A DNA stretch of 64,000 nt from Balanoglossus misakiensis (lineage: Eukaryota > Animalia > Hemichordata): positions 17,469,028 to 17,533,027 of the forward strand of contig CM082576.2 in the NCBI GenBank assembly GCA_040954595.2, given 5' to 3'. Shown here one piece after another: positions 35,906 to 50,420 of the stretch. The stretch's first letter is position 1. Every line of letters begins with the position of its first letter. The notes under the pieces were generated by a model. The model had not been told where the DNA came from and made no database searches. It saw nothing but the letters and a program-made list of their open reading frames with translations. Position numbers and translations under genes: made by a program.

Positions 35906-36025
35906 AAGCCTACGGCACGTGGTATTCCCAGGCGGTCACCCATCCAAGTACTAACCACGCCCAAAGCAGCTTAACTTCGGTGATCGGACGAGAACCGGTG
36001 TATTCGACGTGGTATGGCCGTAGGC
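35906..36025 (-). rRNA. 5S rRNA: 5S rRNA copy 6 (G61U variant)
   Basis: cccaaAgcag instead of cccaaCgcag at 35965. Confidence 0.96.
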
Positions 36026-37209
36026 AAAGACTGCTTGAATTTCTGCGATTATTAAGCCAACGGAAGCTTCACTAACACATAGGCGTACACACAGAGCACG
36101 CGGCACGATAATTTGTGTGCGTGGCTAGCTGATTGACCGACCCTATCTTACAATTTATATGGGAGAGAGCGGTTTTGTCTTGTTATATCCTGCAAAAAGT
36201 GACCATCGGTGGAGAAATAATGCATGACGTGATAATTTGTGTGTGGCCGATCGACCGTCCCTGTCTTTGTACGTATGTTATGCAAAACACAGTGTTCGAA
36301 AAACGCCTGTCCGTCCGACAGTCCGAGGCTGGTTGTTTTTCCCACCACTGAGACTGGTAGAAAAAAAGTGACCAGGTTGAATATTTAGGCCTAGCGTAGA
36401 GTTGACTTGTTTGCGGTATCATATAGACGTATACGTGACCCCATCGTGACCCTGGCTGTCCGGGATAGCACCACCAACGATATCTTTTAGACCATCTTCT
36501 GTTCCTTAGGCCCCTAATTGCAATTAATTACCGTCCCTATCGTATATTGGAGAGAAAGGGTTTGTCTTGGTATGTTATGCAAAACACTTGAATGATGAAT
36601 TTATAAAAGAAAGAAATTGACGTTTATGACATCATTCAGACTAGACGTAACCGACCCCAAAAGGTCCCAATGGTATATTAACATCATATACCAAATTGGA
36701 CTTAAAAAGCCAAAAATTGAAAGCTGTTTGAATTTCTGCGACTATTAACCCAAAGGAAGCTTTAGCCTACTAACACACACACAGCACGAGAACGAACGGT
36801 TTGTCTTGCTAAAATAGATGTTCTGCAAAATAAAATTAAACAACTTGAATGATTATGGAATTAAGGTAGTTAGAGAAAACATGAATTTAAAGAAAAAAAG
36901 AAAAAAAATGTGAAGATTATTTAGGCCTAATAGGAAAGTTTAAAAACAACAAAATGAAGACTGCTTGAATTTCTGCGACAATAAACTCAACGTAAGCCAA
37001 CACTACTCACTCCGAGCCCGACCTGGTAATTTGTATCGACCGACTATAGCTTAGGCCTATACGGGAGAGAACGGTTTATGAACTTATGTTCTACAAAAAT
37101 GATCATGAAATTAAAGAATTTGGGGAAAAAAATTAAAAAATGGACGTTTACGACGACAAAAAAGAAGCATTTTTAATGCAAAAGTTACGAAAAAAGAAAA
37201 ATTGAATTC

Positions 37210-37329
37210 AAGCCTACGGCACGTGGTATTCCCAGGCGGTCACCCATCCAAGTACTAACCACGCCCAAAGCAGCTTAACTTCGGTGATCGGACGAGAACC
37301 GGTGTATTCGACGTGGTATGGCCGTAGGC
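37210..37329 (-). rRNA. 5S rRNA: 5S rRNA copy 7 (G61U variant)
   Basis: Same variant as copy 6. Confidence 0.96.
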
Positions 37330-38512
37330 AAAGACTGCTTGAATTTCTGCGATTATTAAGCCAACGGAAGCTTCACTAACACATAGGCGTACACACAGAG
37401 CATGCGGCACGATAATTTGTGTGCGTGGCTAGCTGATTGACCGACCCTATCTTACAATTTATATGGGAGAGAGCGGTTTTGTCTTGTTATATCCTGCAAA
37501 AAGTGACCATCGGTGGAGAAATAATGCATGACGTGATAATTTGTGTATGGCCGATCGACCGTCCCTGTCTTTGTACGTATGTTATGCAAAACACAGTGTT
37601 CGAAAAACGCCTGTCCGTCCGACAGTCCGAGGTTGGTTGTTTTTCCCACCACTGAGACTGGTAGAAAAAAGTGACCAGGTTGAATATTTAGGCCTAGCGT
37701 AGAGTTGACTTGTTTGCGGTATCATATAGACGTATACGTGACCCCATCGTGACCCTGGCTGTCCGGGATAGCACCACCAACGATATCTTTTAGACCATCT
37801 TCTGTTCCTTAGGCCCCTAATTGCAATTAATTACCGTCCCTATCGTATATTGGAGAGAAAGGGTTTGTCTTGGTATGTTATGCAAAACACTTGAATGATG
37901 AATTTATAAAAGAAAGAAATTGACGTTTATGACATCATTCAGACTAGACGTAACCGACCCCAAAAGGTCCCAATGGTATATTAACATCATATACCAAATT
38001 GGACTTAAAAAGCCAAAAATTGAAAGCTGTTTGAATTTCTGCGACTATTAACCCAAAGGAAGCTTTAGCCTACTAACACACACACAGCACGAGAACGAAC
38101 GGTTTGTCTTGCTAAAATAGATGTTCTGCAAAATAAAATTAAACAACTTGAATGATTATGGAATTAAGGTAGTTAGAGAAAACATGAATTTAAAGAAAAA
38201 AAGAAAAAAAATGTGAAGATTATTTAGGCCTAATAGGAAAGTTTAAAAACAACAAAATGAAGACTGCTTGAATTTCTGCGACAATAAACTCAACGTAAGC
38301 CAACACTACTCACTCCGAGCCCGACCTGGTAATTTGTATCGACCGACTATAGCTTAGGCCTATACGGGAGAGAACGGTTTATGAACTTATGTTCTACAAA
38401 AATGATCATGAAATTAAAGAATTTGGGGAAAAAAATTAAAAAATGGACGTTTACGACGACAAAAAAGAAGCATTTTTAATGCAAAAGTTACGAAAAAAGA
38501 AAAATTGAATTC

Positions 38513-38632
38513 AAGCCTACGGCACGTGGTATTCCCAGGCGGTCACCCATCCAAGTACTAACCACGCCCAACGCAGCTTAACTTCGGTGATCGGACGAGA
38601 ACCGGTGTATTCGACGTGGTATGGCCGTAGGC
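38513..38632 (-). rRNA. 5S rRNA: 5S rRNA copy 8
   Basis: Same as copy 1. Confidence 0.98.
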
Positions 38633-39818
38633 AAAGACTGCTTGAATTTCTGCGATTATTAAGCCAACGGAAGCTTCACTAACACATAGGCGTACACACA
38701 GAGCACGCGGCACGATAATTTGTGTGCGTGGCTAGCTGATTGACCGACCCTATCTTACAATTTATATGGGAGAGAGCGGTTTTGTCTTGTTATATCCTGC
38801 AAAAAGTGACCATCGGTGGAGAAATAATGCATGACGTGATAATTTGTGTGTGGCCGATCGACCGTCCCTGTCTTTGTACGTATGTTATGCAAAACACAGT
38901 GTTCGAAAAACGCCTGTCCGTCCGACAGTCCGAGGCTGGTTGTTTTTCCCACCACTGAGACTGGTAGAAAAAAGTGACCAGGTTGAATATTTAGGCCTAG
39001 CGTAGAGTTGACTTGTTTGCGGTATCATATAGACGTATACGTGACCCCATCGTGACCCTGGCTGTCCGGGATAGCACCACCAACGATATCTTTTAGACCA
39101 TCTTCTGTTCCTTAGGCCCCTAATTGCAATTAATTACCGTCCCTATCGTATATTGGAGAGAAAAGGTTTGTCTTGGTATGTTATGCAAAACACTTGAATG
39201 ATGAATTTAAAAAAGAAAGAAATTGACGTTTATGACATCATTCAGACTAGACGTAACCGACCCCAAAAGGTCCCAATGGTATATTAACATCATACACCAA
39301 ATTGGACTTAAAAAGCCAAAAATTGAAAGCTGTTTGAATTTCTGCGACTATTAACCCAAAGGAAGCTTTAGCCTACTAACACACACACAGCACGAGAACG
39401 AACGGGTTTGTCTTGCTAAAATAGATGTTCTGCAAAATAAAATTAAAAAAAATTGAATGATTATGGAATTAAGGTAGTTAGAGAAAACATGAATTTAAAG
39501 AAAAAAAAGAAAAAAAATGTGAAGATTATTTAGGCCTAATAGGAAAGTTTAAAAACAACAAAATGAAGACTGCTTGAATTTCTGCGACAATAAACTCAAC
39601 GTAAGCCAACACTACTCACTCCGAGCCCGACCTGGTAATTTGTATCGACCGACTATAGCTTAGGCCTATACGGGAGAGAACGGTTTATGAACTTATGTTC
39701 TACAAAAATGATCATGAAATTAAAGAATTTGGGGAAAAAAATTAAAAAATGGACGTTTACGACGACAAAAAAGAAGCATTTTTAATGCAAAAGTTACGAA
39801 AAAAGAAAAATTGAATTC

Positions 39819-39938
39819 AAGCCTACGGCACGTGGTATTCCCAGGCGGTCACCCATCCAAGTACTAACCACGCCCAACGCAGCTTAACTTCGGTGATCGG
39901 ACGAGAACCGGTGTATTCGACGTGGTATGGCCGTAGGC
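39819..39938 (-). rRNA. 5S rRNA: 5S rRNA copy 9
   Basis: Same as copy 1. Confidence 0.98.
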
Positions 39939-41125
39939 AAAGACTGCTTGAATTTATGCGATTATTAAGCCAACGGAAGCTTCACTAACACATAGGCGTA
40001 CACACAGAGCACGCGGCACGATAATTTGTGTGCGTGGCCAGCTGATTGACCGACCCTATCTTACAATTTGTATGGGAGAGAGCGGTTTTGTCTTGTTATA
40101 TCCTGCAAAAAGTGACCATCGGTGGAGAAATAATGCATGACGTGATAACTTGTGTGTGGCCGATCGACCGTCCCTGTCTTTGTGTACACGTATGTTATGC
40201 AAAACACAGAGTTCGAAAAACGCCTGTCCGTCCGACAGTCCGAGGCTGGTTGTTTTTCCCACCACTGAGACTGGTAGAAAAAAGTGACCAGGTTGAATAT
40301 TTAGGCCTAGCGTAGAGTTGACTTGTTTGCGGTATCATATAGACGTATACGTGACCCCATCGTGACCCTGGCTGTCCGGGATAGCACCACCAACGATATC
40401 TTTTAGACCATCTTCTGTTCCTTAGGCCCCTAATTGCAATTAATTACCGTCCCTATCGTATATTGGAGAGAAAGGGTTTGTCTTGGTATGTTATGCAAAA
40501 CACTTGAATGATGAATTTATAAAAGAAAGAAATTGACGTTTATGACATCATTCAGACTAGACGTAACCGACCCCAAAAGGTCCCAATGGTATATTAATAT
40601 CATATACCAAATTGGACTTAAAAAGCCAAAAATTGAAAGCTGTTTGAATTTCTGCGACTATTAACCCAAAGGAAGCTTTAGCCTACTAACACACACACAG
40701 CACGAGAACGAACGGTTTGTCTTGCTAAAATAGATGTTCTGCAAAATAAAATTAAACAACTTGAATGATTATGGAATTAAGGTAGTTAGAGAAAACATGA
40801 ATTTAAAGAAAAAAAGAAAAAAAATGTGAAGATTATTTAGGCCTAATAGGAAAGTTTAAAAACAACAAAATGAAGACTGCTTGAATTTCTGCGACAATAA
40901 ACTCAACGTAAGCCAACACTACTCACTCCGAGCCCGACCTGGTAATTTGTATCGACCGACTATAGCTTAGGCCTATACGGGAGAGAACGGTTTATGAACT
41001 TATGTTCTACAAAAATGATCATGAAATTAAAGAATTTGGGGAAAAAAATTAAAAAATGGACGTTTACGACGACAAAAAAGAAGCATTTTTAATGCAAAAG
41101 TTACGAAAAAAGAAAAATTGAATTC

Positions 41126-41245
41126 AAGCCTACGGCACGTGGTATTCCCAGGCGGTCACCCATCCAAGTACTAACCACGCCCAACGCAGCTTAACTTCGG
41201 TGATCGGACGAGAACCGGTGTATTCGACGTGGTATGGCCGTAGGC
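41126..41245 (-). rRNA. 5S rRNA: 5S rRNA copy 10
   Basis: Same as copy 1. Confidence 0.98.
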
Positions 41246-42426
41246 AAAGACTGCTTGAATTTCTGCGATTATTAAGCCAACGGAAGCTTCACTAACACAT
41301 AGGCGTACACACAGAGCACGCGGCACGATAATTTGTGTGCGTGGCTAGCTGATTGACCGACCCTATCTTACAATTTATATGGGAGAGAGCGGTTTTGTCT
41401 TGTTATATCCTGCAAAAAGTGACCATCGGTGGAGAAATAATGCATGACGTGATAATTTGTGTGTGGCCGATCGACCGTCCCTGTCTTTGTACGTATGTTA
41501 TGCAAAACACAGTGTTCGAAAAACGCCTGTCCGTCCGACAGTCCGAGGCTGGTTGTTTTTCCCACCACTGAGACTGGTAGAAAAAAGTGACCAGGTTGAA
41601 TATTTAGGCCTAGCGTAGAGTTGACTTGTTTGCGGTATCATATAGACGTATACGTGACCCCATCGTGAACCTGGCTGTCCGGGATAGCACCACCAACGAT
41701 ATCTTTTAGACCATCTTCTGTTCCTTAGGCCCCTAATTGCAATTAATTACCGTCCCTATCGTATATAGGAGAGAAAGGGTTTGTCTTGGTATGTTATGCA
41801 AAACACTTGAATGATGAATTTATAAAAGAAAGAAATTGACGTTTATGACATCATTCAGACTAGACGTAACCGACCCCAAAAGGTCCCAATGGTATATTAA
41901 CATCATATACCAATTGGACTTAAAAAGCCAAAAATTGAAAGCTGTTTGAATTTCTGCGACTATTAACCCAAAGGAAGCTTTAGCCTACTAACACACACAC
42001 AGCACGAGAACGAACGGTTTGTCTTGCTAAAATAGATGTTCTGCAAAATAAAATTAAACAACTTGAATGATTATGGAATTAAGGTAGTTAGAGAAAACAT
42101 GAATTTAAAGAAAAAAAGAAAAAAAATCTGAAGATAATTTAGGCCTAATAGGAAAGTTTAAAAACAACAAAAAACAACTGCTTGAATTTCTGCGACAATA
42201 AACTCAACGTAAGCCAACACTACTCACTCCGAGCCCGACCTGGTAATTTGTATCGACCGACTATAGCTTAGGCCTATACGGGAGAGAACGGTTTATGAAG
42301 TTATGTTCTACAAAAATGATCATGAAATTAAAGAATTTGGGGAAAAAAATTAAAAAATGGACGTTTACGACGACAAAAAAGAAGCATTTTTAATGCAAAA
42401 GTTACGAAAAAAGAAAAATTGAATTC

Positions 42427-42546
42427 AAGCCTACGGCACGTGGTATTCCCAGGCGGTCACCCATCCAAGTACTAACCACGCCCAACGCAGCTTAACTTCG
42501 GTGATCGGACGAGAACCGGTGTATTCGACGTGGTATGGCCGTAGGC
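42427..42546 (-). rRNA. 5S rRNA: 5S rRNA copy 11
   Basis: Same as copy 1. Confidence 0.98.
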
Positions 42547-43727
42547 AAAGACTGCTTGAATTTCTGCGATTATTAAGCCAACGGAAGCTTCACTAACACA
42601 TAGGCGTACACACAGAGCATGCGGCACGATAATTTGTGTGCGTGGCTAGCTGATTGACCGACCCTATCTTACAATTTATATGGGAGAGAGCGGTTTTGTC
42701 TTGTTATATCCTGCAAAAAGTGACCATCGGTGGAGAAATAATGCATGACGTGATAATTTGTGTATGGCCGATCGACCGTCCCTGTCTTTGTACGTATGTT
42801 ATGCAAAACACAGTGTTCGAAAAACGCCTGTCCGTCCGACAGTCCGAGGTTGGTTGTTTTTCCCACCACTGAGACTGGTAGAAAAAAGTGACCAGGTTGA
42901 ATATTTAGGCCTAGCGTAGAGTTGACTTGTTTGCGGTATCATATAGACGTATACGTGACCCCATCGTGACCCTGGCTGTCCGGGATAGCACCACCAACGA
43001 TATCTTTTAGACCATCTTCTGTTCCTTAGGCCCCTAATTGCAATTAATTACCGTCCCTATCGTATATAGGAGAGAAAGGGTTTGTCTTGGTATGTTATGC
43101 AAAACACTTGAATGATGAATTTATAAAAGAAAGAAATTGACGTTTATGACATCATTCAGACTAGACGTAACCGACCCCAAAAGGTCCCAATGGTATATTA
43201 ACATCATATACCAAATTGGACTTAAAAAGCCAAAAATTGAAAGCTGTTTGAATTTCTGCGACTATTAACCCAAAGGAAGCTTTAGCCTACTAACACACAC
43301 ACAGCACGAGAACGAACGGGTTTGTCTTGCTAAAATAGATGTTCTGCAAAATAAAATTAAAAAATTGAATGATTATGGAATTAAGGTAGTTAGAGAAAAC
43401 ATGAATTTAAAGAAAAAAGAAAAAAAATGTGAAGATTATTTAGGCCTAATAGGAAAGTTTAAAAACAACAAAAAACAACTGCTTGAATTTCTGCGACAAT
43501 AAACTCAACGTAAGCCAACACTACTCACTCCGAGCCCGACCTGGTAATTTGTATCGACCGACTATAGCTTAGGCCTATACGGGAGAGAACGGTTTATGAA
43601 CTTATGTTCTACAAAAATGATCATGAAATTAAAGAATTTGGGGAAAAAAATTAAAAAATGGACGTTTACGACGACAAAAAAGAAGCATTTTTAATGCAAA
43701 AGTTACGAAAAAAGAAAAATTGAATTC

Positions 43728-43847
43728 AAGCCTACGGCACGTGGTATTCCCAGGCGGTCACCCATCCAAGTACTAACCACGCCCAACGCAGCTTAACTTC
43801 GGTGATCGGACGAGAACCGGTGTATTCGACGTGGTATGGCCGTAGGC
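43728..43847 (-). rRNA. 5S rRNA: 5S rRNA copy 12
   Basis: Same as copy 1; 3-bp upstream deletion shared with copy 1. Confidence 0.98.
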
Positions 43848-45030
43848 AAAGACTGCTTGAATTTCTGCGATTAAGCCAACGGAAGCTTCACTAACACATA
43901 GGCGTACACACAGAGCACGCGGCACGATAATTTGTGTGCGTGGCTAGCTGATTGACCGACCCTATCTTACAATTTATATGGGAGAGAGCGGTTTTGTCTT
44001 GTTATATCCTGCAAAAAGTGACCATCGGTGGAGAAATAATGCATGACGTGATAATTTGTGTGTGGCCGATCGACCGTCCCTGTCTTTGTACGTATGTTAT
44101 GCAAAACACAGTGTTCGAAAAACGCCTGTCCGTCCGACAGTCCGAGGCTGGTTGTTTTTCCCACCACTGAGACTGGTAGAAAAAAGTGACCAGGTTGAAT
44201 ATTTAGGCCTAGCGTAGAGTTGACTTGTTTGCGGTATCATATAGACGTATACGTGACCCCATCGTGACCCTGGCTGTCCGGGATAGCACCACCAACGATA
44301 TCTTTTAGACCATCTTCTGTTCCTTAGGCCCCTAATTGCAATTAATTACCGTCCCTATCGTATATTGGAGAGAAAAGGTTTGTCTTCGTATGTTATGCAA
44401 AACACTTGAATGATGAATTTAAAAAAGAAAGAAATTGACGTTTATGACATCATTCAGACTAGACGTAACCGACCCCAAAAGGTCCCAATGGTATATTAAC
44501 ATCATACACCAAATTGGACTTAAAAAGCCAAAAATTGAAAGCTGTTTGAATTTCTGCGACTATTAACCCAAAGGAAGCTTTAGCCTACTAACACACACAC
44601 AGCACGAGAACGAACGGGTTTGTCTTGCTAAAATAGATGTTCTGCAAAATAAAATTAAAAAAAATTGAATGATTATGGAATTAAGGTAGTTAGAGAAAAC
44701 ATGAATTTAAAGAAAAAAAAGAAAAAAAATGTGAAGATTATTTAGGCCTAATAGGAAAGTTTAAAAACAACAAAATGAAGACTGCTTGAATTTCTGCGAC
44801 AATAAACTCAACGTAAGCCAACACTACTCACTCCGAGCCCGACCTGGTAATTTGTATCGACCGACTATAGCTTAGGCCTATACGGGAGAGAACGGTTTAT
44901 GAACTTATGTTCTACAAAAATGATCATGAAATTAAAGAATTTGGGGAAAAAAATTAAAAAATGGACGTTTACGACGACAAAAAAGAAGCATTTTTAATGC
45001 AAAAGTTACGAAAAAAGAAAAATTGAATTC

Positions 45031-45150
45031 AAGCCTACGTCACGTGGTATTCCCAGGCGGTCACCCATCCAAGTACTAACCACGCCCAACGCAGCTTAAC
45101 TTCGGTGATCGGACGAGAACCGGTGTATTCGACGTGGTATGGCCGTAGGC
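45031..45150 (-). rRNA. 5S rRNA: 5S rRNA copy 13 (C111A variant)
   Basis: aagcctacgT at 45040; disrupts helix I pair G8-C111. Confidence 0.96.
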
Positions 45151-46337
45151 AAAGACTGCTTGAATTTATGCGATTATTAAGCCAACGGAAGCTTCACTAA
45201 CACATAGGCGTACACACAGAGCACGCGGCACGATAATTTGTGTGCGTGGCCAGCTGATTGACCGACCCTATCTTACAATTTGTATGGGAGAGAGCGGTTT
45301 TGTCTTGTTATATCCTGCAAAAAGTGACCATCGGTGGAGAAATAATGCATGACGTGATAACTTGTGTGTGGCCGATCGACCGTCCCTGTCTTTGTGTACA
45401 CGTATGTTATGCAAAACACAGAGTTCGAAAAACGCCTGTCCGTCCGACAGTCCGAGGCTGGTTGTTTTTCCCACCACTGAGACTGGTAGAAAAAAGTGAC
45501 CAGGTTGAATATTTAGGCCTAGCGTAGAGTTGACTTGTTTGCGGTATCATATAGACGTATACGTGACCCCATCGTGACCCTGGCTGTCCGGGATAGCACC
45601 ACCAACGATATCTTTTAGACCATCTTCTGTTCCTTAGGCCCCTAATTGCAATTAATTACCGTCCCTATCGTATATTGGAGAGAAAGGGTTTGTCTTGGTA
45701 TGTTATGCAAAACACTTGAATGATGAATTTATAAAAGAAAGAAATTGACGTTTATGACATCATTCAGACTAGACGTAACCGACCCCAAAAGGTCCCAATG
45801 GTATATTAACATCATATACCAAATTGGACTTAAAAAGCCAAAAATTGAAAGCTGTTTGAATTTCTGCGACTATTAACCCAAAGGAAGCTTTAGCCTACTA
45901 ACACAAACACAGCACGAGAACGAACGGTTTGTCTTGCTAAAATAGATGTTCTGCAAAATAAAATTAAACAACTTGAATGATTATGGAATTAAGGTAGTTA
46001 GAGAAAACATGAATTTAAAGAAAAAAAGAAAAAAAATGTGAAGATTATTTAGGCCTAATAGGAAAGTTTAAAAACAACAAAATGAAGACTGCTTGAATTT
46101 CTGCGACAATAAACTCAACGTAAGCCAACACTACTCACTCCGAGCCCGACCTGGTAATTTGTATCGACCGACTATAGCTTAGGCCTATACGGGAGAGAAC
46201 GGTTTATGAACTTATGTTCTACAAAAATGATCATGAAATTAAAGAATTTGGGGAAAAAAATTAAAAAATGGACGTTTACGACGACAAAAAAGAAGCATTT
46301 TTAATGCAAAAGTTACGAAAAAAGAAAAATTGAATTC

Positions 46338-46457
46338 AAGCCTACGGCACGTGGTATTCCCAGGCGGTCACCCATCCAAGTACTAACCACGCCCAACGCA
46401 GCTTAACTTCGGTGATCGGACGAGAACCGGTGTATTCGACGTGGTATGGCCGTAGGC
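46338..46457 (-). rRNA. 5S rRNA: 5S rRNA copy 14
   Basis: Same as copy 1. Confidence 0.98.
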
Positions 46458-47640
46458 AAAGACTGCTTGAATTTCTGCGATTATTAAGCCAACGGAAGCT
46501 TCACTAACACATAGGCGTACACACAGAGCACGCGGCACGATAATTTGTGTGCGTGGCTAGCTGATTGACCGACCCTATCTTACAATTTATATGGGAGAGA
46601 GCGGTTTTGTCTTGTTATATCCTGCAAAAAGTGACCATCGGTGGAGAAATAATGCATGACGTGATAATTTGTGTGTGGCCGATCGACCGTCCCTGTCTTT
46701 GTACGTATGTTATGCAAAACACAGTGTTCGAAAAACGCCTGTCCGTCCGACAGTCCGAGGCTGGTTGTTTTTCCCACCACTGAGACTGGTAGAAAAAAGT
46801 GACCAGGTTGAATATTTAGGCCTAGCGTAGAGTTGACTTGTTTGCGGTATCATATAGACGTATACGTGACCCCATCGTGACCCTGGCTGTCCGGGATAGC
46901 ACCACCAACGATATCTTTTAGACCATCTTCTGTTCCTTAGGCCCCTAATTGCAATTAATTACCGTCCCTATCGTATATTGGAGAGAAAGGGTTTGTCTTG
47001 GTATGTTATGCAAAACACTTGAATGATGAATTTATAAAAGAAAGAAATTGACGTTTATGACATCATTCAGACTAGACGTAACCGACCCCAAAAGGTCCCA
47101 ATGGTATATTAACATCATATACCAAATTGGACTTAAAAAGCCAAAAATTGAAAGCTGTTTGAATTTCTGCGACTATTAACCCAAAGGAAGCTTTAGCCTA
47201 CTAACACACACACAGCACGAGAACGAACGGTTTGTCTTGCTAAAATAGATGTTCTGCAAAATAAAATTAAACAACTTGAATGATTATGGAATTAAGGTAG
47301 TTAGAGAAAACATGAATTTAAAGAAAAAAAGAAAAAAAATGTGAAGATTATTTAGGCCTAATAGGAAAGTTTAAAAACAACAAAATGAAGACTGCTTGAA
47401 TTTCTGCGACAATAAACTCAACGTAAGCCAACACTACTCACTCCGAGCCCGACCTGGTAATTTGTATCGACCGACTATAGCTTAGGCCTATACGGGAGAG
47501 AACGGTTTATGAACTTATGTTCTACAAAAATGATCATGAAATTAAAGAATTTGGGGAAAAAAATTAAAAAATGGACGTTTACGACGACAAAAAAGAAGCA
47601 TTTTTAATGCAAAAGTTACGAAAAAAGAAAAATTGAATTC

Positions 47641-47760
47641 AAGCCTACGGCACGTGGTATTCCCAGGCGGTCACCCATCCAAGTACTAACCACGCCCAAC
47701 GCAGCTTAACTTCGGTGATCGGACGAGAACCGGTGTATTCGACGTGGTATGGCCGTAGGC
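47641..47760 (-). rRNA. 5S rRNA: 5S rRNA copy 15
   Basis: Same as copy 1. Confidence 0.98.
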
Positions 47761-49015
47761 AAAGACTGCTTGAATTTCTGCGATTATTAAGCCAACGGAA
47801 GCTTCACTAACACATAGGCGTACACACAGAGCACGCGGCACGATAATTTGTGTGCGTGACTAGCTGATTGACCGACCCTATCTTACAATTTATATGGGAG
47901 AGAGCGGTTTTGTCTTGTTATATCCTGCAAAAAGTGACCATCGGTGGAGAAATAATGCATGACGTGATAATTTGTGTGTGGCCGATCGACCGTCCCTGTC
48001 TTTGTACGTATGTTATGCAAAACACAGTGTTCGAAAAACGCCTGTCCGTCCGACAGTCCGAGGCTGGTTGTTTTTCCCACCACTGAGACTGGTAGAAAAA
48101 AGTGACCAGGTTGAATATTTAGGCCTAGCGTAGAGTTGACTTGTTTGCGGTATCATATAGACGTATACGTGACCCCATCGTGACCCTGGCTGTCCGGGAT
48201 AGCACCACCAACGATATCTTTTAGACCATCTTCTGTTCCTTAGGCCCCTAATTGCAATTAATTACCGTCCCTATCGTATATAGGAGAGAAAGGGTTTGTC
48301 TTGGTATGTTATGCAAAACACTTGAATGATGAATTTATAAAAGAAAGAAATTGACGTTTATGACATCATTCAGACTAGACGTAACCGACCCCAAAAGGTC
48401 CCAATGGTATATTAACATCATATACCAATTGGACTTAAAAAGCCAAAAATTGAAAGCTGTTTGAATTTCTGCGACTATTAACCCAAAGGAAGCTTTAGCC
48501 TACTAACACACACACAGCACGAGAACGAACGGTTTGTCTTGCTAAAATAGATGTTCTGCAAAATAAAATTAAACAACTTGAATGATTATGGAATTAAGGT
48601 AGTTAGAGAAAACATGAATTTAAAGAAAAAAAGAAAAAAAATGTGAAGATTATTTAGGCCTAATAGGAAAGTTTAAAAACAACAAAATGAATTTAAAGAA
48701 AAAAAGAAAAAAAATGTGAAGATTATTTAGGCCTAATAGGAAAGTTTAAAAACAACAAAATGAAGACTGCTTGAATTTCTGCGACAATAAACTCAACGTA
48801 AGCCAACACTACTCACTCCGAGCCCGACCTGGTAATTTGTATCGACCGACTATAGCTTAGGCCTATACGGGAGAGAACGGTTTATGAACTTATGTTCTAC
48901 AAAAATGATCATGAAATTAAAGAATTTGGGGGAAAAAATTAAAAAATGGACGTTTACGACGACAAAAAAGAAGCATTTTTAATGCAAAAGTTACGAAAAA
49001 AGAAAAATTGAATTC

Positions 49016-49135
49016 AAGCCTACGGCACGTGGTATTCCCAGGCGGTCACCCATCCAAGTACTAACCACGCCCAACGCAGCTTAACTTCGGTGATCGGACG
49101 AGAACCGGTGTATTCGACGTGGTATGGCCGTAGGC
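49016..49135 (-). rRNA. 5S rRNA: 5S rRNA copy 16
   Basis: Same as copy 1. Confidence 0.98.
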
Positions 49136-50300
49136 AAAGACTGCTTGAATTTCTGCGATTATTAAGCCAACGGAAGCTTCACTAACACATAGGCGTACAC
49201 ACAGAGCACGCGGCACGATAATTTGTGTGCGTGGCTAGCTGGTTGACCGACCCTATCTTACAATTTGTATGGGAGAGAGCGGTTTTGTCTTGTTATATCC
49301 TGCAAAAAGTGACCATCGGTGGAGAAATAATGCATGACGTGATAACTTGTGTGTGGCCGATCGACCGTCCCTGTCTTTGTGTACACGTATGTTATGCAAA
49401 ACACAGTGTTCGAAAAACGCCTGTCCGTCCGACAGTCCGAGGCTGGTTGTTTTTCCCACCACTGAGACTGGTAGAAAAAAGTGACCAGGTTGAATATTTA
49501 GGCCTAGCGTAGAGTTGACTTGTTTGCGGTATCATATAGACGTATACGTGACCCCATCGTGACCCTGGCTGTCCGGGATAGCACCACCAACGATATCTAG
49601 GCCCCTAATTGCAATTAATTACCGTCCCTATCGTATATTGGAGAGAAAGGGTTTGTCTTGGTATGTTATGCAAAACACTTGAATGATGAATTTAAAAAAG
49701 AAAGAAATTGACGTTTATGACATCATTCAGACTAGACGTAACCTACCCCAAAAGGTCCCAATGGTATATTAACATCATACACCAAATTGGTCTTAAAAAG
49801 CCAAAAATTGAAAGCTGTTTGAATTTCTGCGACTATTAACCCAAAGGAAGCTTTAGCCTACTAACACACACACAGCACGAGAACGAACGGGTTTGTCTTG
49901 CTAAAATAGATGTTCTGCAAAATAAAATTCAAAAAATTGAATGATTATGGAATTAAGGTAGTTAGAGAAAACATGAATTTAAAGAAAAAAAGAAAAAAAA
50001 TGTGAAGATTATTTAGGCCTAATAGGAAAGTTTAAAAACAACAAAAAACAACTGCTTGAATTTCTGCGACAATAAACTCAACGTAAGCCAACACTACTCA
50101 CTCCGAGCCCGACCTGGTAATTTGTATCGACCGACTATAGCTTAGGCCTATACGGGAGAGAACGGTTTATGAACTTATGTTCTACAAAAATGATCATGAA
50201 ATTAAAGAATTTGGGGGAAAAAATTAAAAAATGGACGTTTACGACGACAAAAAAGAAGCATTTTTAATGCAAAAGTTACGAAAAAAGAAAAATTGAATTC

Positions 50301-50420
50301 AAGCCTACGGCACGTGGTATTCCCAGGCGGTCACCCATCCAAGTACTAACCACGCCCAACGCAGCTTAACTTCGGTGATCGGACGAGAACCGGTGTATTC
50401 GACGTGGTATGGCCGTAGGC
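50301..50420 (-). rRNA. 5S rRNA: 5S rRNA copy 17
   Basis: Same as copy 1. Confidence 0.98.
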
